Shown one piece after another: positions 47,556 through 54,596 of a stretch of DNA of 54,596 nucleotides. The position numbers and the translations under genes are program-made. Origin of the DNA: Chitinophagales bacterium. Lineage in GTDB: Bacteria > Bacteroidota > Bacteroidia > Chitinophagales > JADIYW01. The notes under the pieces were generated by a model. The model was not told the DNA's origin and did no database searches. It worked only from the letters and a program-made list of their open reading frames with translations. The first letter of the stretch is position 1; the number at the start of each line of letters is the position of its first letter. The DNA lies in NCBI GenBank assembly GCA_044357355.1, contig JBIKPT010000003.1, positions 1 through 54,596 on the forward strand. Direction: 5' to 3'.

Positions 47556-48368
47556 ATGGGTACTAAAGCAAATCCGATAGCAAATAGGTTAGGTATCATC
47601 AGAGGATGGGATTCTAACTGGTACGGCGGCAAAGATTTCAGCGATAAACTGATCGAAGATCAAAAAATTCGTAAATACTTAAACGCACGTATCCAGAAAG
47701 GCGGTATATCTAAAATAGTAATCGAAAGAACATTAAACAGAATCACGATTTCTATCAATACATCACGTCCTGGTATCATCATCGGAAAAGGTGGAAATGA
47801 GGTTGACAGAATCAAAGAAGAAATCAAGAAATTAACGAAAAAAGATGTTCAAATCAATATCGTTGAAATCAGAAGACCGGAAATAGATGCTGCTATCGTG
47901 GGTGAAACAGTTTGCAAACAATTAGAAGCACGTGTAAATTTCCGTCGTGCAGTGAAAATGGCAATCGCTTCAGCAATGCGTTTAGGTGTGGAGGGTATTA
48001 AAATTAAATGTTCAGGTCGTTTAGGCGGTGCTGAAATGGCAAGAAGTGAAGAATATAAAGAAGGTCGTACACCTTTACATACATTCAGAGCAGATATTGA
48101 TTATGCCTGGAAAGAAGCAGAAACCATCTACGGTAAAATTGGTGTAAAAGTGTGGATTTGTAAAGGTGAAATATTTACAAAACGCGATTTATCTCCAAAT
48201 ATCGGAATGGATGAAGGCAGCAAAAAAGGCAGCGACAGACGTGACGACAGAAGAGGTGGCGGCGACAGAAGAGATGACAGAAGAGGTGGTGGCGACAAAC
48301 GCGGCGGTGCCGGCGGTGGAAAACCAAGAGGAGAAAGAACTGAAAATAGAGGACCAAGAAAAAAATAA
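47556..48368 (+). CDS. rpsC: 30S ribosomal protein S3
   Basis: [43 protein letters not shown]; RG-rich tail. Confidence 0.99.
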   Translation: MGTKANPIANRLGIIRGWDSNWYGGKDFSDKLIEDQKIRKYLNARIQKGGISKIVIERTLNRITISINTSRPGIIIGKGGNEVDRIKEEIKKLTKKDVQINIVEIRRPEIDAAIVGETVCKQLEARVNFRRAVKMAIASAMRLGVEGIKIKCSGRLGGAEMARSEEYKEGRTPLHTFRADIDYAWKEAETIYGKIGVKVWICKGEIFTKRDLSPNIGMDEGSKKGSDRRDDRRGGGDRRDDRRGGGDKRGGAGGGKPRGERTENRGPRKK

Positions 48369-48390
48369 TAACAAGAATAATTAAGGTGTC

Positions 48391-48816
48391 ATGTTACAAC
48401 CGAAGAGAGTAAAATTTAGAAGAGTTCACAAAATGAAAATGAAAGGCATTGCGTACAAAGGTTCGCAATTGTCATTCGGATCATTCGGTCTGAAATCCTT
48501 AGACGAAGGATGGTTAACCGACCGTCAGATTGAAGCAGCTCGTATCGCACTTACCAGACACATGAAACGTGAAGGTAAAGTATGGATTAACATTTTTCCG
48601 GATAAACCAATTACCAAAAAACCAGCCGAAGTTCGTATGGGTAAAGGTAAAGGTTCCTTAGACCACTGGGTTGCAGTAGTTAAGCCGGGAAGAATCCTTT
48701 TCGAAATAGAAGGAGTATCCAGACAAATTGCAGAAGAGTCTTTAAAATTGGCAGCACAAAAATTGCCGGTGTTAACCAAATTCATCGTAAGAAGAGATTA
48801 CGACGCAGCTAATTAA
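48391..48816 (+). CDS. rplP: 50S ribosomal protein L16
   Basis: MLQPKR.KFR, QIEAAR, RMGKGKG. Confidence 0.99.
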   Translation: MLQPKRVKFRRVHKMKMKGIAYKGSQLSFGSFGLKSLDEGWLTDRQIEAARIALTRHMKREGKVWINIFPDKPITKKPAEVRMGKGKGSLDHWVAVVKPGRILFEIEGVSRQIAEESLKLAAQKLPVLTKFIVRRDYDAAN

Positions 48817-48831
48817 TAAAAATCAGAAACA

Positions 48832-49044
48832 ATGGCAGCAACAGTAGCATATAGCGAAATAACAGGATGGAGTGAAGAAGAGTTGAACAATGAATTGTCA
48901 GCATCTAAAATGAAATTGACAAAATTACGTTTCAACCACGCAATTACTCCGTTGGAAAACACCAATGTGTTAAAAGAAACAAAAAGACACATTGCACGTA
49001 TTCACACAGAATTGAAGAAAAGAAAATTATCTAAACAAGCATAA
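48832..49044 (+). CDS. rpmC: 50S ribosomal protein L29
   Basis: LRFNHAITPLEN, IARI.TEL; operon position. Confidence 0.97.
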   Translation: MAATVAYSEITGWSEEELNNELSASKMKLTKLRFNHAITPLENTNVLKETKRHIARIHTELKKRKLSKQA

Positions 49045-49048
49045 ATAA

Positions 49049-49327
49049 ATGCAAATGTCAACAGAGATAACAACAGAAAGACAATTAAGAAAAACAAGAG
49101 TTGGAGTAGTTTCTTCTAATAAAATGGAAAAAACAATAACAGTTTCTGTCGTTCGTAAATTGAAACATCCGAAGTACGGAAAATTCTTAAAGAAAACTAA
49201 GAAATTTCATGCACACGATGAAAAAAATGAATGCAACATCGGTGATACCGTAAAAATTATGGAAACACGTCCGTTGAGTGCAACAAAAAGATGGAGATTA
49301 GTAGAAATCGTTGAAAAGGCTAAATAA
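49049..49327 (+). CDS. rpsQ: 30S ribosomal protein S17
   Basis: [31 protein letters not shown] (start 49049 or 49055). Confidence 0.99.
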   Translation: MQMSTEITTERQLRKTRVGVVSSNKMEKTITVSVVRKLKHPKYGKFLKKTKKFHAHDEKNECNIGDTVKIMETRPLSATKRWRLVEIVEKAK

Positions 49328-49329
49328 AC

Positions 49330-49698
49330 ATGGTACAACAAGAATCAAGATTAAGAGTAGCTGACAACAGCGGAGCCAAAGAAGTACTTTGCATCAGAGT
49401 ATTGAAAGGCACAAGAGCACGTTATGCATCTATCGGCGATAAGATCGTAGTGTCTGTAAAAGATGCAATGCCGGGCGGTAACGTGAAGAAAAAACAAGTA
49501 TCCAAAGCGGTAGTTGTTAGAACTAAAAAAGAAATCAAACGCAAAGACGGAACATACATTCGTTTTGATGACAATGCAGTAGTATTGTTAAACAATAACG
49601 ACGAGCCACGTGGCACACGTATCTTCGGACCTGTTGCAAGAGAATTGCGAGATAAAGATTTTATGAAAATTATTTCATTAGCACCAGAAGTTTTATAA
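49330..49698 (+). CDS. rplN: 50S ribosomal protein L14
   Basis: [27 protein letters not shown]. Confidence 0.99.
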   Translation: MVQQESRLRVADNSGAKEVLCIRVLKGTRARYASIGDKIVVSVKDAMPGGNVKKKQVSKAVVVRTKKEIKRKDGTYIRFDDNAVVLLNNNDEPRGTRIFGPVARELRDKDFMKIISLAPEVL

Positions 49699-49699
49699 C

Positions 49700-50038
49700 A
49701 TGAGCACACAAGCACAAAAGCGTTTTGCGCCGAAATTAAAAATAAAGAAAGGAGATACAGTTATCGTTATCACCGGTGAAGATCGTGGCAAAAGCGGTAA
49801 AGTACTGGAAGTATTTCCTAAAGAAAACAGAGCATTGGTTCAGGGTATCAGAATAATATCTAAACACACTAAACCAAATGCACAAAATCAACAAGGCGGA
49901 ATCGTGAAAAAAGAATCGCCTATCAACATCTCTAACTTAATGTTATCCGTTGGCGGAAACGCTACCAGAGTCGGCAGAAAAATAGAAGATGGTAAATCAG
50001 TAAGAATTGCAAAATCAACAGGAGAAATAGTTAAGTAA
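49700..50038 (+). CDS. rplX: 50S ribosomal protein L24
   Basis: [16 protein letters not shown] (KOW), GGI..KE.PI.ISN. Confidence 0.99.
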   Translation: MSTQAQKRFAPKLKIKKGDTVIVITGEDRGKSGKVLEVFPKENRALVQGIRIISKHTKPNAQNQQGGIVKKESPINISNLMLSVGGNATRVGRKIEDGKSVRIAKSTGEIVK

Positions 50039-50589
50039 TGAGTTACATTCCTACATTAAAGAAAAAATATACTGCAGACGTAGTACCAGCCCTTATGGCA
50101 AAGTACAACTACAAGTCAGTAATGCAAGTGCCAAAATTATCCAAGATTGTAATCAATCAGGGTGTAGGTGCTGCCGTTGGAGATAAGAAATTAATAGACA
50201 ACGCGATCGATGAAATTTCAAGAATTTCAGGTCAGAAAGCAGTGGCTACCAAATCTAAAAAAGCAATCTCTAACTTCAAATTAAGAGAAGATTTACCAAT
50301 CGGTGTAAGAGTTACATTACGTGGCGAACGTATGTATGAATTCCTGGAAAGATTAATGGCGGTGGCATTACCACAAGTTCGTGATTTTAAAGGTATCAAC
50401 GACAAATCTTTTGACGGAAGAGGAAATTATACATTAGGTATTACGGAGCATATCATCTTCCCTGAAATTGATATCGATAAAATATCAAAAATCAGTGGTA
50501 TGGATATCACATTCGTTACGACTGCTTTGACAGATGACGAAGCTCATTCATTATTAAAAGAAATTGGTTTACCGTTTAAGAAAAAATAA
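50038..50589 (+). CDS. rplE: 50S ribosomal protein L5
   Basis: VPKL.KIVIN.G, FKLRE, FDGRGNY, GMDIT. Confidence 0.99.
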   Translation: MSYIPTLKKKYTADVVPALMAKYNYKSVMQVPKLSKIVINQGVGAAVGDKKLIDNAIDEISRISGQKAVATKSKKAISNFKLREDLPIGVRVTLRGERMYEFLERLMAVALPQVRDFKGINDKSFDGRGNYTLGITEHIIFPEIDIDKISKISGMDITFVTTALTDDEAHSLLKEIGLPFKKK

Positions 50590-50591
50590 GC

Positions 50592-50861
50592 ATGGCAAAA
50601 GAATCAATGAAAGCACGCGACGCTAAGCGTTTAAAGTTAATCACTAAGTACAAAGCTAAGCGTGATCAGTTAAAAAAAGAAGGCGACTATGCAGCATTGG
50701 ATAAACTTCCGAAAAATGCTTCACCTGTACGCTACAGAAACAGATGTAAACTAACAGGTCGTCCTCGCGGATATATCGGTTTCTTCGGATTGTCCAGAAT
50801 ACAATTCAGAGATTTAGCAAGCTACGGTAAAATCCCGGGTTTAACCAAAGCAAGCTGGTAA
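50592..50861 (+). CDS. rpsN: 30S ribosomal protein S14 (89-aa, Zn-independent form)
   Basis: [35 protein letters not shown]; only one Cys. Confidence 0.99.
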   Translation: MAKESMKARDAKRLKLITKYKAKRDQLKKEGDYAALDKLPKNASPVRYRNRCKLTGRPRGYIGFFGLSRIQFRDLASYGKIPGLTKASW

Positions 50862-50894
50862 GAGATAATAAATTATTCAAAAATAAAAGTGAAG

Positions 50895-50929
50895 GTGGGA
50901 AACTGAACTGAAACCGGTTTAAGTCTCAC
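50895..50929 (+). promoter_or_regulatory. Candidate S8-binding mRNA hairpin (16S helix-21 mimic)
   Basis: GUGGGAAACUGA-ACUG-AAAC-CGGU-UUAAGUCUCAC folds with the UUAAGUC/GAAACUGA core of the rRNA S8 site, 30 nt upstream of rpsH. Confidence 0.7.
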
Positions 50930-50959
50930 ATCTAAGCGATCTAAAACAAAAAAATAGAA

Positions 50960-51358
50960 ATGGTTACAGATCCAATAGCAGATTTTCTAACAAGAATCAG
51001 AAATGCACAACTCGCTGGTCACACCATCGTTGACATTCCTGCTTCTAACATGAAGAAAAAATTAACTGAAATCTTACATGATAACGGTTATATCTTAAAA
51101 TTCAAATTCGAAGAAGACGGTCCTCAGGGAACTATCAAGATTGCATTAAAATACAATCCTGAAACCAAAGAACCGGCTATCAGAGAACTGATCAGAATAT
51201 CAAAACCGGGTTTGCGTCGTTATGCACACGTGGCAGGTATTCCTAGAGTAAAAAATGGCTTAGGTATCGCCATCTTATCTACTTCAAGAGGAATCTTGAC
51301 GGATAAGCAAGCGAAAAACCTGAAAGTAGGTGGTGAAATTATTTGCATAGTATCTTAA
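50960..51358 (+). CDS. rpsH: 30S ribosomal protein S8
   Basis: [39 protein letters not shown]. Confidence 0.99.
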   Translation: MVTDPIADFLTRIRNAQLAGHTIVDIPASNMKKKLTEILHDNGYILKFKFEEDGPQGTIKIALKYNPETKEPAIRELIRISKPGLRRYAHVAGIPRVKNGLGIAILSTSRGILTDKQAKNLKVGGEIICIVS

Positions 51359-51368
51359 ATTAACAGGA

Positions 51369-51926
51369 ATGTCACGCGTAGGAAAATTACCAATAACAAT
51401 ACCGGCAAAAACAGAAGTAAGCGTTGCAGATAATAACGTTGTCACTGTAAAAGGGCCAAAAGGAACTTTAACTGAAAAAGTAGATAGAGATATCATCGTT
51501 AAAGTAGAAGATGGAAAAATCGTGTTCGAGCGTCCAACTGAACAAAAACGTCATAAAGCATTACACGGATTATACAGATCGCTGGTAAATAATATGATTG
51601 TTGGAGCTAGCGAAGGTTTCAAAAAAACATTAGACGTAGTCGGTGTAGGTTTTCGTGCAAGTAATCAGGGACAGTTATTAGAATTGTCTATTGGTTTCTC
51701 TCACCCGATTTATGTTATGTTGCCGGATGAAATCAAAGTTACAACGGAAACTGTAAAAGGACAGCCGCCACGTATCATCTTGGAAAGTACAGACAAACAA
51801 TTAATCGGACAGGTAGCTGCTAAAATAAGAAGCTTAAGAAAACCTGAACCATACAAAGGAAAAGGTATTAAATATACTGAAGAGATATTGCGTAAAAAAG
51901 CAGGTAAATCAGCAGGTAAAAAATAA
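51369..51926 (+). CDS. rplF: 50S ribosomal protein L6
   Basis: MSRVGKLPI, VKGPKG, GFSHP, RKPEPYKGKG. Confidence 0.99.
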   Translation: MSRVGKLPITIPAKTEVSVADNNVVTVKGPKGTLTEKVDRDIIVKVEDGKIVFERPTEQKRHKALHGLYRSLVNNMIVGASEGFKKTLDVVGVGFRASNQGQLLELSIGFSHPIYVMLPDEIKVTTETVKGQPPRIILESTDKQLIGQVAAKIRSLRKPEPYKGKGIKYTEEILRKKAGKSAGKK

Positions 51927-51977
51927 TCGGTAGGCACGCCAAATAACGTGTAACCATAAAAAATAAATAGTATTGTC

Positions 51978-52322
51978 ATGGCAGTAACAAATAAATTATC
52001 TCGCAGAGAAAGAATTAAATACAGTATCCGCAAAAAATTAAGTGGTACAGCTGGTCGTCCTCGATTAACTGTTTTCAGAAGCAACAGTGAAATCTACGCT
52101 CAGATTATAGATGATACAACTAAGAAAACAGTGCTTTCCGTATCTTCTTTAAAATCTACCGGAACAAAAACGGAGAAAGCAAAAGCAGTAGGCGCAGCAG
52201 TAGCAGAAAAAGCAAAAGCAGCAAATATAACTCATGTGGTTTTCGATAGAAATGGATTTTTATATCATGGCAGAGTGAAAGCTTTAGCGGATGCTGCAAG
52301 AGAAAATGGTTTACAATTCTAG
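51978..52322 (+). CDS. rplR: 50S ribosomal protein L18
   Basis: [36 protein letters not shown]. Confidence 0.99.
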   Translation: MAVTNKLSRRERIKYSIRKKLSGTAGRPRLTVFRSNSEIYAQIIDDTTKKTVLSVSSLKSTGTKTEKAKAVGAAVAEKAKAANITHVVFDRNGFLYHGRVKALADAARENGLQF

Positions 52323-52363
52323 TAAATACACATGGATGTGTGTATCAAAAAAATAAATTAGAT

Positions 52364-52885
52364 ATGTCAAAAGTAAAAGAAAATAAAGTTAGAGCAGCAG
52401 CTGAGCTGGAATTAAAAGAAAAAGTGGTGGGTATCCAGCGTGTAGCGAAAGTTACAAAAGGTGGTCGTACATTCAGCTTTTCAGCTTTAGTTGTCGTTGG
52501 TGATGGTAACGGAACAGTAGGTCATGGCTTAGGTAAAGCACGTGAGGTTCAGGAAGCAATCGCAAAAGGAATTGATGATGCTAAGAAAAATCTGGTGAAA
52601 GTTCCAATTTTAAAAGGAACTATTCCTCATGATCAGTTAGCTGAATTTGACGGAGCAAAAGTATTAATCAAACCAGCTTCTCATGGTACAGGTGTTATCG
52701 CCGGAGGTTCTATGCGTGCGGTATTGGAAAGTGCCGGAGTACATGACGTGTTGGCAAAATCATTAGGTTCTGCAAATCCGCACAATGTTGTAAAAGCAAC
52801 TATCAGTGCATTAACATTATTAAGAGATCCATTCCGTGTTGCAAAAGACAGAGGAATCAAACTTTCAAAAGTATTTAACGGCTAA
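52364..52885 (+). CDS. rpsE: 30S ribosomal protein S5
   Basis: [35 protein letters not shown]; start ATG 52364. Confidence 0.99.
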   Translation: MSKVKENKVRAAAELELKEKVVGIQRVAKVTKGGRTFSFSALVVVGDGNGTVGHGLGKAREVQEAIAKGIDDAKKNLVKVPILKGTIPHDQLAEFDGAKVLIKPASHGTGVIAGGSMRAVLESAGVHDVLAKSLGSANPHNVVKATISALTLLRDPFRVAKDRGIKLSKVFNG

Positions 52886-52889
52886 TATT

Positions 52890-53069
52890 ATGGCGAAGAT
52901 AAAAATCACTCAGGTTAAAAGTACCATCGACAGAAGTCAGCGTCAAAAAGATACCATCAAAGCATTGGGTATCCAAAAAGTAAACAGAAGCGTTGAAAAA
53001 GAAGCTACACCACAGGTATTGGGTATGGTAGCAAAAGTAAAACATTTAGTAACGGTAGAAAATATCTAA
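52890..53069 (+). CDS. rpmD: 50S ribosomal protein L30
   Basis: MAKIKITQVKS.I, T..ALG, GMV.KV.HLV; start ATG 52890. Confidence 0.98.
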   Translation: MAKIKITQVKSTIDRSQRQKDTIKALGIQKVNRSVEKEATPQVLGMVAKVKHLVTVENI

Positions 53070-53071
53070 TA

Positions 53072-53527
53072 ATGAGTATCAGTTTAAATAACTTAAAACC
53101 TGCTAAAGGTGCCACTAAAAATCGCAAACGTATTGCACGTGGTGAAGGTTCTGGTTCTGGCGGTACAGCCGGCAAAGGTCACAAAGGTGCAAAGTCTCGT
53201 TCAGGTTATAAATCAAAAAGAGGTTTTGAAGGTGGTCAAATGCCATTACAACGTCGTTTGCCAAAGCGTGGATTTAAAAACCCAAACAGAGTTGAATTCA
53301 GAACGATTAACTTGTCTGAATTAACAGCTTTAGCAGAAAAAAATAACATTACTGAATTCAATTTTGAAACATACAGAGCATTGAAATTAGTTAAAGCATC
53401 TGACAAAATTAAAGTTTTGGCAAATGGTGAACTAAAAGGTGCATTGAACATTTCAGCACATGCTTTCAGTGATAAAGCAAAAGAAGCAATTGAAAAAAAT
53501 AGTGGTACAACCACCCTTATAGCATAA
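53072..53527 (+). CDS. rplO: 50S ribosomal protein L15
   Basis: LKPA.G, GHKGAKSRSG, GFEGGQMPL.RRLPK.GF. Confidence 0.99.
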   Translation: MSISLNNLKPAKGATKNRKRIARGEGSGSGGTAGKGHKGAKSRSGYKSKRGFEGGQMPLQRRLPKRGFKNPNRVEFRTINLSELTALAEKNNITEFNFETYRALKLVKASDKIKVLANGELKGALNISAHAFSDKAKEAIEKNSGTTTLIA

Positions 53528-53531
53528 GCTT

Positions 53532-54596
53532 ATGAAGCAGTTTTTCGATACATTAAAAAACATCTTCAGCATAGAAGACTTAAGAAAAAGAATATTCTTG
53601 ACCTTAGGTCTTATTTTTATCTATCGACTGGGATGTTTTGTGGTATTACCTGGAGTAGACCCTATCAGCGTAGCCAGTCAGGACACTAGCGCCAAAGGGC
53701 TCTTTCAAATCTTTGATTTATTTGCAGGTGGTGCTTTTTCTAAAGCATCCGTTTTTGCATTAGGTATTATGCCTTACATCTCTACGTCAATTGTAATGCA
53801 ATTATTGACTTTAGCAGTTCCTTATTTCCAGAAATTACAAAAAGAAGGAGAAAGCGGTCGTAAAAAAATTACCCAATACACAAGATACGGTACAGTAGCA
53901 GTAACAGCATTTCAAGGTTTCGCCTATGTGAAGTTCTTATACTCACAAAATATTGTGTCTGCAGAAATTTCTCCTGCTTTATTTTCCTTGTCAACCATGA
54001 TTATTCTAATTGCAGGTACTATTTTCGTAATGTGGTTAGGTGAGCAAATACAGGAAAGAGGTTTAGGAAACGGAACGTCATTAATTATCATGGCTAATAT
54101 TATTGCAAGACTTCCGGCATCTATCTGGGCAGAAGCAAAAGCAAGAGCCATAACAGGAAGCGGTATATTGATGCTTGTTTTAGAATTAGCTATTCTTGGT
54201 TTGGTCATTATCGCTACGATCATGTTAATTCAGGCAATTAGAAAAGTACCTTTGAGTTATGCTAAGCAAATGTCTGGTGGAAACAACGCATATACACAAC
54301 GTCGTGGTTTCTTACCATTAAAAGTTAATATAGCTGGTGTAATGCCTATCATCTTCGCACAGGCATTTTTATTCATACCAGGTACAATAGCTCAATTATT
54401 TCCGGATAGTTCAGCTTCAGGATTTTTACGTCAATTAACAGACTTTACATCATTACCATACAACATTGTAATGTTTTTAATGGTGGTTTTATTTACATAC
54501 TTCTATACAGCATTAATAATGAATCCTGTACAGATGGCAGATGATTTAAAAAGAAACAGCGGGTTTATACCAGGTGTAAAACCAGGTGCTAACACG
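53532..54596 (+). CDS. secY: Preprotein translocase SecY, 3'-truncated by window edge
   Basis: Not in the ORF track (no stop in window); translates MKQFFDTLKNIFSIEDLRKRI..., FALGIMPYIS.SI..QLL, EGESGRKKI.Q.TRY, GLGNGTSLII, GVMPIIFAQA. Confidence 0.98.
   Translation, partial: MKQFFDTLKNIFSIEDLRKRIFLTLGLIFIYRLGCFVVLPGVDPISVASQDTSAKGLFQIFDLFAGGAFSKASVFALGIMPYISTSIVMQLLTLAVPYFQKLQKEGESGRKKITQYTRYGTVAVTAFQGFAYVKFLYSQNIVSAEISPALFSLSTMIILIAGTIFVMWLGEQIQERGLGNGTSLIIMANIIARLPASIWAEAKARAITGSGILMLVLELAILGLVIIATIMLIQAIRKVPLSYAKQMSGGNNAYTQRRGFLPLKVNIAGVMPIIFAQAFLFIPGTIAQLFPDSSASGFLRQLTDFTSLPYNIVMFLMVVLFTYFYTALIMNPVQMADDLKRNSGFIPGVKPGANT

Noticed and set aside
50592-50861. Zn-independent S14 in the main operon
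   Set aside because: Usual form in this phylum
2014-54223. Many short or antisense ORFs in the track (e.g. 21907-23121 +, 32403-33128 -, 38119-38535 +, 45147-45536 -, 53924-54223 -)
   Set aside because: They lie opposite or within well-supported genes, carry no motifs, and are the expected shadow of codon bias

Overview
Bacteroidota chromosomal segment, probably Chitinophagales/Saprospirales-like. The assignment rests on TAnnTTTG promoters, A-rich starts without Shine-Dalgarno sequences, no tuf between fusA and rpsJ, and the N-terminal extensions of L22 and L24. The first 40.7 kb is mixed housekeeping and envelope genes: WG-repeat protein, Baeyer-Villiger monooxygenase, cytochrome-c lipoprotein, a wzx/wzz/O-antigen-ligase module, PP2C phosphatase, bcp, M23 peptidase, LOG protein, sodium:solute symporter, recR, GT2, guaB, lolE-like permease, rbfA, msbA-like ABC exporter, yceI, SDR, Gcr-family membrane protein, prfA, recO, pepP and a DUF5686 outer-membrane protein. 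Two genes are disrupted, and many small palindromic or short-period repeats are present. From 41 kb to the end lies the fused str-S10-spc ribosomal protein operon (rpsL to partial secY). I saw no tRNA, rRNA, CRISPR array, transposase or prophage. The most notable observations are: (1) a hairpin between rpsN and rpsH that reproduces, in permuted strand order, the S8-binding core of 16S rRNA helix 21, a candidate Bacteroidota S8 autoregulatory element; (2) an ~88-aa stretch packed with D-S/T O-glycosylation sequons in the DUF5686 protein; (3) a palindrome flanked by 11-bp direct repeats inserted in frame in the M23 peptidase; (4) a likely surface lipoprotein fusing a SprB-like repeat to a c-type cytochrome; (5) a switch-like structured leader upstream of rpsL. 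All family assignments come from motif recognition by eye, not database searches.
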